Origin: Epiperipatus broadwayi
Lineage: Eukaryota; Animalia; Onychophora
NCBI GenBank assembly: GCA_028023455.1
Contig: JAQFVV010000003.1
Span: forward strand, 19,964,001 to 20,028,000
Direction: 5' to 3'
DNA length: 64,000 nucleotides
How positions within the stretch are numbered: the stretch's first letter is position 1; each line of letters starts with the position of its first letter. This document shows positions 51,397 to 64,000 of this stretch, piece after piece. The notes under the pieces are model-generated. The model searched no databases and had not been told where the DNA came from. It worked only from the letters and a program-made list of their open reading frames with translations. Made by a program: the position numbers and the translations under genes.

Positions 51397-51899
51397 GATT
51401 TATGTCATAAACAAAAAAAACTTAACATTTCCTTCGCATTTATGTTTCTCCAATTAATCCATAAATTTTTTTCTGATTTTCATCTCTCATCTCAACACAA
51501 ACTATAATTACAGTCCAAATTCTGCTCTTGGATCCAATAATAAGCTTATTCTAGTGTTATCATTCATTTTTTTATACTCTATATATTTTCTATTCTTATT
51601 TTGTTATAAACTAATTTTTATACACATATACTATATATTCGTTTCCCATAATTCTACTTTTTTTCCTGACCAATTTATCTTTTTTTTACCATTCCTCATA
51701 ATTATATATCTATTAAATATTCTCCACACATTTATTCATTTTCAAATACATACAAATAATTTCTCTATTAATTTTATAAATTGTAATATTTTTCTAGTCC
51801 ACAGTGTTTGTTATCCAAATAATTCAATTAAACACTATTCATTTATTTTTATTCTTATATTGAAGATTCTCAAATATTTATAATTTGCTTTTAATTTCT

Positions 51900-53160
51900 C
51901 TCATTAAAAAAAAAAAAATCCTATTTCTCTTAAATAGACTTATTTGATGCCCACAGTTACTAACTACTCAATGCATAACTAACTAATTTCTCAATTTTAT
52001 TAAAAAAATTTTTGATTCCTCTCATTTCCTAATGTTACCACTTCTTTCCAAATTATTTTAATATTCCATAAATTGTTAAATGAGAATGATGCCAAAATTT
52101 TAACCAACCCATTCCATATTTTGTTATTCGTTTCAACTATATATAATTCCCATGTGCTCATATAATTCTTTTTCCCATTAACAAAACACCCAAATATTTT
52201 TTCAAGATGAAAATTCATCATTTTCTATCCCTGGAATTTTATCTTTCCATTAATAAATAATATCATATAAATTTTTCTCAGTGAATTTAATTTTCACATT
52301 TTTTATCTGTGCATAGCTGTTCTATATATTTTATGTATTTGCAAAAAATGCCTAATTATTAAAAAAAAAGGGAGTGGAAAGAGATGCCATATCATATATT
52401 ATCTTGGTTCTCAGTATAGGAACCATCTCTTATCCCCCATTGTTCTAGTTCATCTTTCGATTCTCTTAGAAACAAAATAAACAACTGTGATAATGGCCAT
52501 TCCTGCTTTAAACTGGTTTCATATTTAACTTCTACTAATTCTAAATCCTTTTAATTATTTTTATTAGCAATCCAAATTTATTTTCATATGTTCAAGATTT
52601 CATCTCAACCTAAGCAACTTTTCTACATTTGAAAATGATGTAAATAAATGCTTACCCTTTCTGTAAAAAAATTTAATCAACTGAATTACAACAAATAAAT
52701 TATCCCCTATTATTTTCCTGAATAAAAGCCTTTCTAAATCTCTACTAAGATTTTATGTTCTCCATCCATTAATATAAATATCTTATAAACTATGGAAATT
52801 ATTGCAATGATTTTATAACTAGTTGATAACCTGAAAATCTTTTTGCTTTATATAATAATCTGATTCCCACATTCATTCATCTGGAATCTTATTAATCTAC
52901 ATCTGTAATTTTTATTAAAGCTTCTCTTAAAACAAGTTTGTCTATCTTCCCATATTTCAGTTGCCATACCTTTTAATGTTCTTGTTTTTTCATATATCTA
53001 TTTGCTCTATTCAATTCTGAATCAATCACTCAATCCAATTTTTCTTAAATCAACTTCTTGAATAAACCATCAACTCATCACTTTAACAATATACAGAAGT
53101 GATATCTACTTCCACTCTCAAGCTTATGTAAGCATTGGTAGTCAATGAACACCAGATGAA
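51900..53160 (-). mobile_element. Highly decayed LINE RT remnant
   Basis: Minus strand LHLVFIDYQ (~53120-53165) and SLKQEWPLSQL (~52480-52520; cf. GLRQGCPLSPL). Confidence 0.6.
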
Positions 53161-55111
53161 AGTGCAATCAATGTTTTTTTTTACTTATATGATCAAATAT
53201 AGTATAATTAACCATATATTTAGATGAATGAAATTGATAGATAATAAATTGCTTTCAACTAGTCTTTTTAATTCTATTATTTTATTGATTGTCTAGTTAT
53301 ATACATTTGAAATTCATTTCAGAAAAATTATATATTTTACAAACTATGTATTTGATTCTTTAGTTTACATACACAATGTATAGTAAAATAAGAACAGCTC
53401 TCTAATTTTAGTCATCTTTTGCTTAAGGGATCAGTGATTACCATATAATAATATGTTCAAATCCTTAATCCCAGACTAATTTCTGTCTTTTGTCTTTATC
53501 ATTGAAGAAATCATCTTTCAAGTTAAAAATATGAAATTCAAAATACCTTAATTGTTTAAAATCAAGCAAATTTGCTTTAACAGGGTAAGAAAAGAAATGA
53601 GAATATTAAAATGTATAATTACTGGCCCAGAGTCAGTTCTATATAATTATTCAAGAAGATTAGTTTGGGTTGAAAACATTAGGATGTTTTGAATTTTAGG
53701 TTTATAGTTTGAATAGTAAATTGGAATTAAGCATGGTTCCTAGATGCTTAACTGCACTACTCCCTGTTTGACTCCCATGCCTCAATGATAAAAGCAATAG
53801 TCAGAAGATGGTCAACAGATGAGAATTTAAATGCATTGCCATATAGTAGAGACTGATTATTCAATCTTACTATAAATAGCAAAAGAGTAGGGAACTGCTC
53901 TTGTAATCTTAAGTAGATATTAAGTGCAAAAAATTATTGACTTTTGGAAGTAAAACCATTTTTACTAAACTAAGTATCACATGATCCAGAATAATGCTTA
54001 TTCCTAGTATCAGAAGTCTTTACAATCACTAAATTCACTTAAAACATTACTTAAAATCCATTATTTAAATGTAAAATCATTAGTCTTGCACTCTGCAAGA
54101 AAAACATTATAAATTAATATAACACCTAATAAGTAAAAGTAATATACTATTTATAACATTAATTTTAAAATTAAAAAAAAAAAATACTTATAATGTCTGA
54201 AATGCAAAAACAAAATTTACATATTTACAGTAACTTTGGTACAGTTTCCATCATACGTTTACCTTAGTTAGTGCATATCTTTTATATATAAATAAATCAT
54301 ATTTATAGGCTAATATTTAAAAAAATCTATATTTATATCACTTATTATCATTAGGCATGTGCAAAGCCTAATACCACATATCATCTGTCCAATTATTAAC
54401 TTCTTATTCTGTGTCTCTTTCTTTGATTTTTTTCAACATATCTTCCCTAATTTCTCTAAGTTCATGCCTAATGTAGTCTGATTTTTTATGCCATCAAAAT
54501 CTTTTTATTTCATTTCTAAATTTTTAGACTTATCATCCAAAGTTCACTTTTTCAATTTCTTTCCAATTCAGATCTTTCCAATGTTGTTTTTGCTTTTATT
54601 CTTCCTAAAAACTTAGTTTACACACACATATATAATCATTCTTATTTAGAAGAAAAAACAACTGAATGCCAAACCATGAGCTAAATAGAATTTTAAGTGA
54701 CTTTCTATGGGAATAAAAATATCATTAACTATTAAATAAACAGACTATATTACAATTCAAAATTGTTACTACTTTAAAATATCATCTCCAAAAAAAATTC
54801 ATAGAATCCTGAGAACATCTAATGTTATTACATAAAAAACAATATAACAGGAACAAAGTTTCATTTTAACATTATACTTATACTAAAAGCACATGAATAC
54901 ATTTTAAATTAATGAGTTAATTGGCAAAGTTTCAGAGAAATATATGTTACCACAATTGTTTTCTTAGTAGATCCACTGCATATTCCACATAATTATAGAA
55001 CTAATTACCAAATTCATCACTTCCTTTATTTTGCTGTAATATCTTATATAAATGCAATTTATCCACTCTACTTTCAACGCTTTTGCATATATTTATTACA
55101 CTTTTCATGAA

Positions 55112-55152
55112 GGCTATGAGTATGAGGCATGGTTCCTCGAAAACGTTCAGCC
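55112..55152 (+). ncRNA. Degenerate hammerhead-like motif (third family)
   Basis: GGCT atgagta t GAGG-catggtt-CCTC GAAA ACGT TC AGCC: all three stems and a palindromic ACGT loop present, CUGANGA core mutated. Confidence 0.4.
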
Positions 55153-56384
55153 GAAAATTTTTAATAGTAAGTTATATTTTCTCTAATTAATAATTACAAT
55201 TAAGTATTTTTGTTTTTACATACTCAATCTTATGTTTTGATTGCCCTTCAGTGTTCTTCAGAGTCACTTAAAAATAAAATTGGCTCTGAAGAAGACTTCA
55301 TGACAGTTGAAGCATAAGATTCTGTATGCATATATGGAATAAAGTTTTTTTTGCTAAAAAGTATTCAAAGTAGAATGGATAAATTGTAATTATAGAATTA
55401 TGTTAGGTATACAATTAGCAATTTAAAAGTGATGTCCTGACAATCCCTTAAAATGCAGCCAAGTAATTTACTGCTTATATTATTGATCATTGAAAATGCT
55501 TTATGTCTTCTGATTATTATAGCAAACGATACCTCGAGAGTAAGGCTAGTTTCCCTCTTCACTTATGTCATGTAAGAAAAATAATTTCTAACTGAACTGC
55601 AAGGACATGGAAAGCAAAGTACTTGGTGCATGAATTTCACATATTATTTCTTAATAATAAAAATTTAACTTGTATAATGTTAAATCTTGCACATTGTGAA
55701 GCCATAAATATGAATCGTACAATATAGTATTTGTGGTGAGATAGATTTTATTTGCACATGCATTAGTTTTACTACAAGTTTCACATAATAAATATATTTG
55801 TCAGGTTTTTGCAGAATCTCAGAAAATTTTAGCAATCATATATATTGAAAATAATGTATATTAGGAATAAAAATTATTACTCTTGCTCATAATTATGACC
55901 TTTATTATTTTTAAAATTTTAAAAAAAAATGACAGGCTAAAATCAATAATTTTTTTGTCAAATTTTGTAGTAATAGAAGAAACAGAAAGTATTCTACTGA
56001 TTTAGATTTCAAAAAAATATAAGTAAGTGAAAGAGAAACTGGAATCAACAATCGATTTGAAAAAGCAATATTTATTTTTGAAGATTTTAAAACAAAAAAA
56101 GAATGTTTTGACTGCTTTAGAATGAATGAAAAAATTAAACATCTTGCCAGAGCTAATAAGAATGTAAGTGCAATTATAATCCCTAAACACTTTATTGCAA
56201 ATTTTTATATATAAATTGAGATTTCAACTGTCATGCAGTCCTCATAAGAGCTATAATACATTAGTAAATAAAACAGTATGAATAAAATAAAACCTAAATA
56301 AAAAAACAACAATGGAATGAATAAGTAAAAAAAAATAAGCAGAACCTTCTTTTGTACCTTCTACTTTTGTACAAATCGAAATAT

Positions 56385-56590
56385 AGGGGATTTGAACTCA
56401 GACTTTCAAGCACCCTTCAACTATTCACACTAGCTCATACCACTGATACACATGACCACACACATGTAGAAAAGATAATCACCAATATACGTATTTTGTG
56501 CTGAACCAGCACTGATCAGTTGGTCCAGATTATCGTCTCCCACATATATACATAATCAGTGCTCAGTTTATATTAAGATATCAAACCCTC
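56385..56590 (-). mobile_element. Dispersed relative of the 28-29 kb monomer with an inactivated hammerhead at 56482-56523
   Basis: CCAA CTGATCA GTGCTG-GTT-CAGCAC AAAA TACGTA TA TTGG; downstream part matches the 16211-16368 arms. Confidence 0.75.
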
Positions 56591-57327
56591 GTACTTTCAT
56601 GGACATGCTTTCATCTACTACAACCTCCAACTCTTCAGCCCTCGATACCACTGAAATCTGACGCTGGAAAGCTCAAATCTCATGCTGATGCCAATATTAT
56701 TGCCATGCCCATGTTGACTTCAAGTCACTCTGACCCCTCATGTATAGGATTTTATCCATTTAAATACATAGAAGAGGAATGGGTAGGATGCAGGCTTAAT
56801 GTGTAAATATTTGAAATACAGGCACTCTTCATATACCTGGAGCCTAATTGTAATTGTACAATTCGTTATTCTGTACACATTTCATACTTTCAATTTTTAT
56901 TTATATATGGCAAAACACATATATTTTCAGATAATGATTCTCTCTTTCTCAATGATTATTAGTCACTAGTCCCTCCCCAACATTAATCACATCCATTTTC
57001 AGTGTCACAGGTACTTATACATATATAGTGTAAAAAAACTGTAGACATAAACCTTTTAAATTTATTATTTTTAAATGTGATGGAAAATTATTGTTGTAAT
57101 TTAATATTATTAAATATAAAAGTGGTGGAATTTTCCAGTTAAATTATTGCTTTGCATTTCTAGTTAACAAAATGCTGGAATAAGTTATAGGGTGTATTTT
57201 TTTTTCTTAGTTTAAAAAAATAAATATTGCTTGTATTATTTCAATTATCTTGATTTCTTTCTATTTGCAGATTAAAGTCTCATTTACATGGCAAACAAAA
57301 AAATCACATCTGTAGAGAGACTCTTAC

Positions 57328-57412
57328 CCTGCCATTCCAAAGTGAATCTAGGGAATTTTTTGTACAAGTCATCCTGATCTAAATTATTATTATTTAAATA
57401 AGCTTTTGGGTA
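57328..57412 (-). CDS. Candidate upstream exon, possibly of the Nudix gene
   Basis: AGG|GTAAGA donor in phase 1, compatible with the 50727 exon; open frame YPKAYLNNNNLDQDDLYKKFPRFTLEWQG; AG acceptors possible at 57379-57380 or 57413-57414. Confidence 0.3.
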
Positions 57413-58709
57413 CTTGTAAAAAATTACTACTAAAACACTTTTTGCCTATAAATTCATGTCCCACATTAGTAAGAGAAAAAGATAATCAAAGATTCATATA
57501 TCTGCTAGTTTTTTTAGCTTTATTTAAATGATAGGCATGTATTTTGGATATATAATTTATTTCTGTCTACTCTTCAAAGAACTTAATTCGTCTTGTAAAT
57601 ATAATGAATAAAACCTGTATCAAGCTTCAAACAATATTTAACCTAGTTTTGTCAGACAGTCTAAAAGTGGCAATTTGCTTTAATATAAACAAGAAAAGAA
57701 AGAGTACAATTCAATTATCTCTTGACAAATTTATAAAGAAAAACCTATTCTGGTGGGTTTTTTTTTTTTACATTGCTCTACTTTCACACATTTCAACTTT
57801 CATACATATTTCAGAAATCAATTACATAGAAAGTAGAGGACTATCTATCTATATAAACAAAAAAAATAAAACAGATAAAAACAATAACATGATCAATTAA
57901 AATATAATATATACATATCTGTATACATATTCATGAACATTCATTAATTTATATCTATAGTATATTTCATTATATTTAATATTCCATATCTATTTTTGTT
58001 TGTTGTAAATTACATTAATTAGAAAACAGTAATATTATAATTTCAAAATGACTCCATAGTTATAATCTTACTTCTATAAAAAAATTTGTGTAATATTGTT
58101 CTATTTCTTAAATATTTTCTGTTTCTTTTTTGAATTATAAAAAATTATGGTGTCAATTTGAAATTATACTACTACTGTTTTACAATTAATACAATTTACA
58201 ATAAACAATAATAGAGGATATTTGAAAGACAGGCACTCATAATAAATATAAACTCATATAAATATAATACATATAAATTTATGTATATTCATGAATATGT
58301 ATACAGGCAGAAATATACACATATATTCTATATATACTTATATTTTAATAAATCATGTTATTTTATTTGTTTTTTTAAATCTGGTTTTATTTATTTAGTT
58401 TATATTTTGTTTTTGTTGTATTTTAATTTATCTTATAATTTGTTCTGCTTCTTCTTCTTTATTCATTTATTCGTTTCATATTATTTTATTCATACTGTTT
58501 ATTTACTAATGTATTAAATCTCTGATAAAGACTGCAGGATAATCAAAATATCAGTTTATATATAAAAATTTGCAATAAAGTGTTTAAAGCAAAGAGTATA
58601 ACTATACTTATATTAAATAATATAGCAAAATAAGAAGTAAAAAGGAATTTATGTCATTTATAATAAGAATGTAATTTAAATTTTTAAACACGATTTTGTT
58701 AGTTTTATG

Positions 58710-59260
58710 ATTAAGAAAGGATTTACTGGAAGACAATGCTTAGAACTTATAAATCAGGAAGAAGTCAAACTTGTCTAAGCATATATTTATATTGTCATTT
58801 CAAATCTCCAAATTACACTATGTAAATCAATATTTACCTTGTAAAACATTTTATACTTAATAAAGTCTCTCTTTTATTAAAAAAAAAAAAAAGCTTTATT
58901 TTGTTACTTGGAGAAAATTCTTCTGGAGATAAAAAATTAAAGCTACTATTATATTATCACTCAAAAAAAATCTGAGAATCTTTAAGCAATTAAATTTTTT
59001 TAAAAAGCACTCAAAAAATATTTTGTCAATCTATCAAAAAAATTTGGTAACCAGGACTTTGTTCTTTAAGTAGGTGAATCATTTTCAGATACAATTATCC
59101 TGTTGCTAGATAGTAGTCCAGGATATAAGCTAGATTTAGTAAAAAATCTTGGGATACAATGTAAATTTTTGATTGTTACATTCCTTGCCACCAAAACACA
59201 ATATTAATTCTCCTATTCATAGATCAATAAATGATTTCTAGATTTAAAAAACTTTTTTTT
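58710..59260 (+). pseudogene. Tigger/pogo DDE transposase remnant
   Basis: IYWKTMLRTY, LLGENSSGDKKLKLLLYYHS, WVTRTLF, ILLLDSSPGY, VTFL..K and DQ*MISRFK match Tigger motifs in order. Confidence 0.75.
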
Positions 59261-59728
59261 AAAATTTTGATAAAACAAAATCAGATAATTCAATTCATAC
59301 ACTTTGAAAACAAAAAAATTAGAGTATTGTGCTGTTATGGAATGATAATTAATCGATGGCAATAGAACTTTTCCTGGAAACTGTTTTAATTTACAATTGT
59401 GTATGACTTTGAAAGATTTGAAGAGCAAAAATATATTATTATTGAAAAAAAAATCAATGAGAATAGAGATAACTAGAAAAATATGATAGATTGGCCAGGA
59501 ATATTGCAATAAAATTAACTATTAAAGGATTTCCACATTCTTGAAACCATACCAAAATAGATTCAATAATTTTTTTAAAAAATGAGCTGCTGAGGATAGT
59601 ATCAACACATTTTACAATTTTAAAAATTGTCAAAAACAAACTAAACATTATATATTTTTTACTAGAATACATCACTTTTTATTCATTTCAATGATCTGAA
59701 CTTCCACTAATGTTTGGGAATTGTAATA

Positions 59729-60559
59729 CTGTATTACTTCGAATATAAGATACTTATTTTTCCAAATTTTGGACCCCTAAAACGAGGGTGCATCTTAAAT
59801 TTGAAACAAAATTTTTTAACATCTTATTTCTGTGGATCTTTGCTTTACACTATATATGCACATATCTCAATTTATTTAAATAGTTACTTATGTAGAATAA
59901 TGTGTTTAATCTTTTTTAATCAATATTTTGTGGATTAATTTCATAAATGGCTTTAATCCCCTCTCAAAACCATTACTTTTAATGATATTTTGATGATGTT
60001 GACAATTCCAATGTTTTTGTTTTGATTTTTAAAGTGAAAACGAATATTTTAGAGTCTTCTTTTTTTTTTTTAAGTGTCATAGCATCGGCCGGGATGCGAA
60101 CCTGCAACCCAGGTAACTGCCTGCTAGTGCAGTCTTTTAATGTTATTTTATTAAATTTTACAATCATTTTGTGCACCCTTTACAACTAACAAAACAATAT
60201 ACACAATGAGATATGAGCCTGCTTTCCAAGGCACTCATTAGTTGTCTCGTTCTGTACACAAGGTAGCACCTATCAAAATTGTGACAATTCTGGGATTTTC
60301 ATTTTGATTTTAAAGTGAAACAAATGTTTTAGAATCTTTAAATGCTATTTTGTTGATTTTAGAATTTTTTTTGCAGAAAATATTTGTAAAAATATAAATT
60401 ATTTTAAAAGAATGATTCAGATTTTAATAGACAAATTTTTGTATATTTGTTTTCTGGCTTAAAATCCCACTGCATCTTAAATTTGGTGGTAAACTTTTTT
60501 TCCCTAAATTTAGGGGTGTATCTTAAATTAGGGGGCATCTTATATTCGAAATAATATGA
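59729..60559. mobile_element. Tc2/pogo-like MITE, 831 bp, TA-flanked
   Basis: TIRs CTGTATTACTTCGAATATAAGATAC / GCATCTTATATTCGAAATAATATGA; TA at 59727-59728 and 60560-60561; internal direct repeat ~60001-60180 and ~60285-60380. Confidence 0.75.
60059..60130 (-). mobile_element. 5'-truncated copy of the tRNA-Gly SINE
   Basis: GCAGTTACCTGGGTTGCAGGTTCGCATCCCGGCCGATGC TATGACACTT + A-run; AGTCTT TSD at 60053-60058 and 60131-60136; the paralogous repeat near 60330 lacks it. Confidence 0.8.
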
Positions 60560-61149
60560 TAATTCTCTCTTCAAGAATTAAGAATTTTTTACTTGCAAAT
60601 CTCATACTAAAATTATGAATGAACACTAAATATATTATTAAACCAATTAATACTGAATTTTAATAATTTTTAAAGGTTTTTTTTTTTTTAATGTATTGTA
60701 TTGGTAATTTTTTGAAACGTTTACTTTTAAAATTTAATTTACATGTAAAACAGACATCATATAATATTATTTTAATTCATACAAATTAATAATTATTGCA
60801 AGGAAATTCACTATTTTACCTTTTAGTTATGGTCACTAACTTCTTGGCAGGAAAGTATATCAATACATCACTGAGATCTTATATTAAACATTTTTTGACA
60901 AGAAAACCATGAGGTAATGATTAAAAAAAACCTTAATTTTACATAAGTTTAACCATTAATTGAATGCTATTGCATTTAGTTCATCATAAAATAACAGAGC
61001 AGATCACATTCATAAAAAAAATGTCATCCAGTATTGAAATAATTACATTACAGGTAACAATCAATCAGATTTCATATTGAAATATGAAAAAAAAAAACAT
61101 TAATCGTGAAAGTATTATTTTCTTAAAATGTTTGCATAAAAAAAAATCA

Positions 61150-61620
61150 TTATTTAGATACACTACTTCTTAATTATGAAAATCTAACAATATAGGTGCA
61201 AATATATGCACTGATAATAGCAATGATATCTTTCAATAAAGATTCATTTCTACATCGAATAAATACACATTCTTCAGTATTCCATTTTAACTTCCATTGC
61301 ATAATTGCTTCAATAAATAATTTTTGTTCAATATTTCTACATTGCTAGCATTATTCTCCCAATATATCCTTTCTATTATTCTCCAAATCAATTTCCAATC
61401 TTCCCTAACCCACTTCTTTTTTTGTCTAACTGCCCACATATTTAATTTTTGTATAGCTGCAATTGAAACAAAATATTACAAAAATTTCTTAAATCTAACT
61501 TTGATGATTTATTAATCAACTACTTGTCATTATTAAAGGCTTATTTAATTATTGCAATTCTCAGCATAGTCTCTTTATTACTATTCCTATCCATTGTTAA
61601 CTAACATTTTGAGACCTTAA
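61150..61620 (-). mobile_element. Highly decayed RTE-like LINE 3' fragment
   Basis: Minus strand ...IWRIIERIYWENNASNVEIL... resembles RTE WRRMERISW.D...NEEVL. Confidence 0.45.
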
Positions 61621-62282
61621 AAAAACTAAATTTGTTCGATAATTTTTTGACCAAATTGTAACTTATATTTTATCATTTCCATCTAAATTCTTTATTAATT
61701 GTAGATATATTTATTTTTATTACAAACTTTTCATTAATTTCTTAAATATATTTTATATCAGATGTATCTGCCTATGAAAAGGCTGTCAGTTTTTTTTTTT
61801 TAATTGGTTTGCTTTAACAATTTTTTTTTTTTTTAAGATTTAATGTAAATTAAACAAAAGATTTTAATATTATATAAATAAATGTGAGAAATTCACAATT
61901 GAAAAAAAAAAAAATGTTTGGAACAACCTGGCCTGTTTAGTAAAGCTAATTTTTTTAATATACCTGTTATATTTGATATGTAAATTTGATAGCATTATGG
62001 ACAATAGCTTTGTAAAAAAAAATATTATCTGTTAATAGCAGAATTACTTCCTTCACATAAAATATGCTTTGTAATAAGAAATGTGGATTATTAAATATAA
62101 AGGGTAGAATTATTTCCTTTGCATAAAATGCTCATAATATAAATTGCGGTTTAGTTAGACATAGTTATTTATTTATAAAAACAAATTTAAAGTTTTTTTT
62201 TTTTTGATTTTTCAATTATGAACTTGTTTGCATAATGGACAAATGTAAGGTTTTTTAATTGTTTGTGAAGTGACATGTGGCA

Positions 62283-62370
62283 TTACGGACAAACATTCAC
62301 ATGGATTTTATATATATAGATTCCATTTACGGACAAACATTCACATGGATTTTATATATATAGATTCCAT
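62283..62370. repeat. Exact 44 bp x2 duplication resembling a Helitron-type 5' end on the minus strand
   Basis: ttacggacaaacattcacatggattttatatatatagattccat twice; reverse complement contains A|TCTATATATATAAAA...GAATGTTTGTCCG. Confidence 0.6.
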
Positions 62371-64000
62371 AAGTCCTGACATATCTATCGCCACTTTCCT
62401 ATCCCTCATATTAACATTATTTTTCGAAATGTTATTCATTTAATAATTCAAATAAATGCAATGTTAATCAAAACAATATTTGTATAACATTACTCTATAT
62501 ATCTACTGGAATTAAACCATCCAATCTTACAAATAGGATTTAATTTATGTATTATTTATCCTTTAAAATATCCATCAAAATAACTCAATTAATGAAATAT
62601 TTTCTTAAGATGATAGCTAAAGAAAGCTTAAAAGTCTGTGTTCAAATCCACTTTAATTACATCTTAAAGTTCAGTATTTACAATATACTAGTATTGATTT
62701 ATTAAGAATATATATTAACTTTCACTTTCTATATACTTCTTAATTGTATATTGTACTTGTACCATTTTCTAAATCTAAATATATTTTTATGTCAGCTTTT
62801 AAATAGAAAACCTAACACCCAAATTCACACACACATACACATATAGTTCATATGTAACTAATAAGAACTTAGATCTATTAATTCACTCCTTGCATTAAAA
62901 TCCATCTTAACTATCAAAGTGTAATAATGCCAGACCACTCTCTCTCTCCTCTCACTATATATATATTTCAAGGAAAGTTTTTATTTATAGTTAAAGACTT
63001 GAACAACTCGAATCTCTACATGAAAAATCATAATCCAATCTTACATTTTTACATTGCAATTGGGACTTTTTTTTTTAAAGCTTGAATATACTGTATTCAC
63101 AATCAGAGAAATTATTAGTGTTTTACCTATTAATGAAATGCCATTCACACTTCACTCAGGGTGGAAATTATTTCTATCCACCTTAAATCATCCAGACAAA
63201 CCACCGTATCATACAATAAGCTAGAGGCTTGAAAACATCTGAATCAGTATTCTAATTGATTATATACATTGTTTTCCAATGCTATTGTCAAACACAATTC
63301 CTTATTATGTGATAATTAATGTTTCCCTGGATGTTTAATGTGAATGTGCATAATTTTGCACTAATGGATGAAATACTGTATATATGTTTGATTGCAAACA
63401 TATTCAAGCTTTAAAATCAACAAATTGTAATTTTGATATAAAAATTTAAAATCAGACCTCAATTTCTCATATAAAGATTTAGATAGCATATTTAAAGAAA
63501 GGAAGTTTTTATTAAAATATATATACAATAAGAGGTTATCTGACATTTCATGGCAGCTGTAAGCAATTTGCATAAAACCCGTAACAAAACATAGCTTTTA
63601 CAGACTATTAGTAGTTATGATTATGAGAGCAAAGTCTCGAAAGTGCTCAGCAAAATTTAAATTGCATTTTTAATTCTAAGATCAGACTAGCTTTGTCATA
63701 TGTACTGTATGAATATTTACATGATAAATTTTTAAGTATGAAAAATGTTCTGATAGAATTGAGATCTATTTGTTTCTTCAACACTGCTGTCAATCATAAT
63801 CATTATTATTATATACACACATTTATCACTCACAAAAATCTCTTTGAAATTAAACTTAGTGTTCCAAACTCATCACATGTAACATAAAAAAAAAGGCTTT
63901 ATGACTTGAAGGTATTAGCCATTAATACAAATTCTAAATTAAATTACAAACACTAAATCTTTGAAATACATTCTTCCCCATAGCTTTCAGTAATTCATTT

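Noticed and set aside
51554-51883. 109 aa hydrophobic ORF (likewise 24057, 46283, 57604, 58281, 59213)
   Set aside because: F/I/L/Y/K-rich translation of AT-rich non-coding or antisense TE DNA; no motifs or splice support.
63128-63240. Possible minus-strand exon of the Nudix gene
   Set aside because: All three frames contain stops between the candidate splice sites.

Overview
Very AT-rich eukaryotic (probably invertebrate) DNA dominated by nested, decayed transposable elements. There is no prokaryotic gene content and no CRISPR array, and most ORF-track entries are spurious or antisense to TEs. The only confident host coding sequence is one minus-strand exon (50483-50727) of a DUF4743/Nudix (YJR142W/NUDT20-like) gene, so most of the window may be intronic. 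Main elements: (A) an internally deleted long-LTR Gypsy element (1-14855) with a tRNA-Lys PBS, gag interrupted by a TA-flanked MITE, and a 3' LTR carrying four nested insertions; (B) a Mag-like Gypsy element (34336-43870) whose gag and pol are split by a ~4.5 kb nested insert containing an unidentified 223-codon pseudo-ORF; RTE and other LINE remnants; Tigger/pogo remnants and MITEs; a tRNA-Gly-derived SINE. The most notable signals are (i) several Penelope-type/retrozyme-like insertions carrying minimal type I hammerhead ribozymes in tandem and inverted arrangements, two of them TSD-flanked (28340-29534, 30694-31405), and (ii) a solo LTR whose end contains a tandem array of LTR-end + PBS-like units (11768-12060). 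All coordinates and alignments were done by eye.
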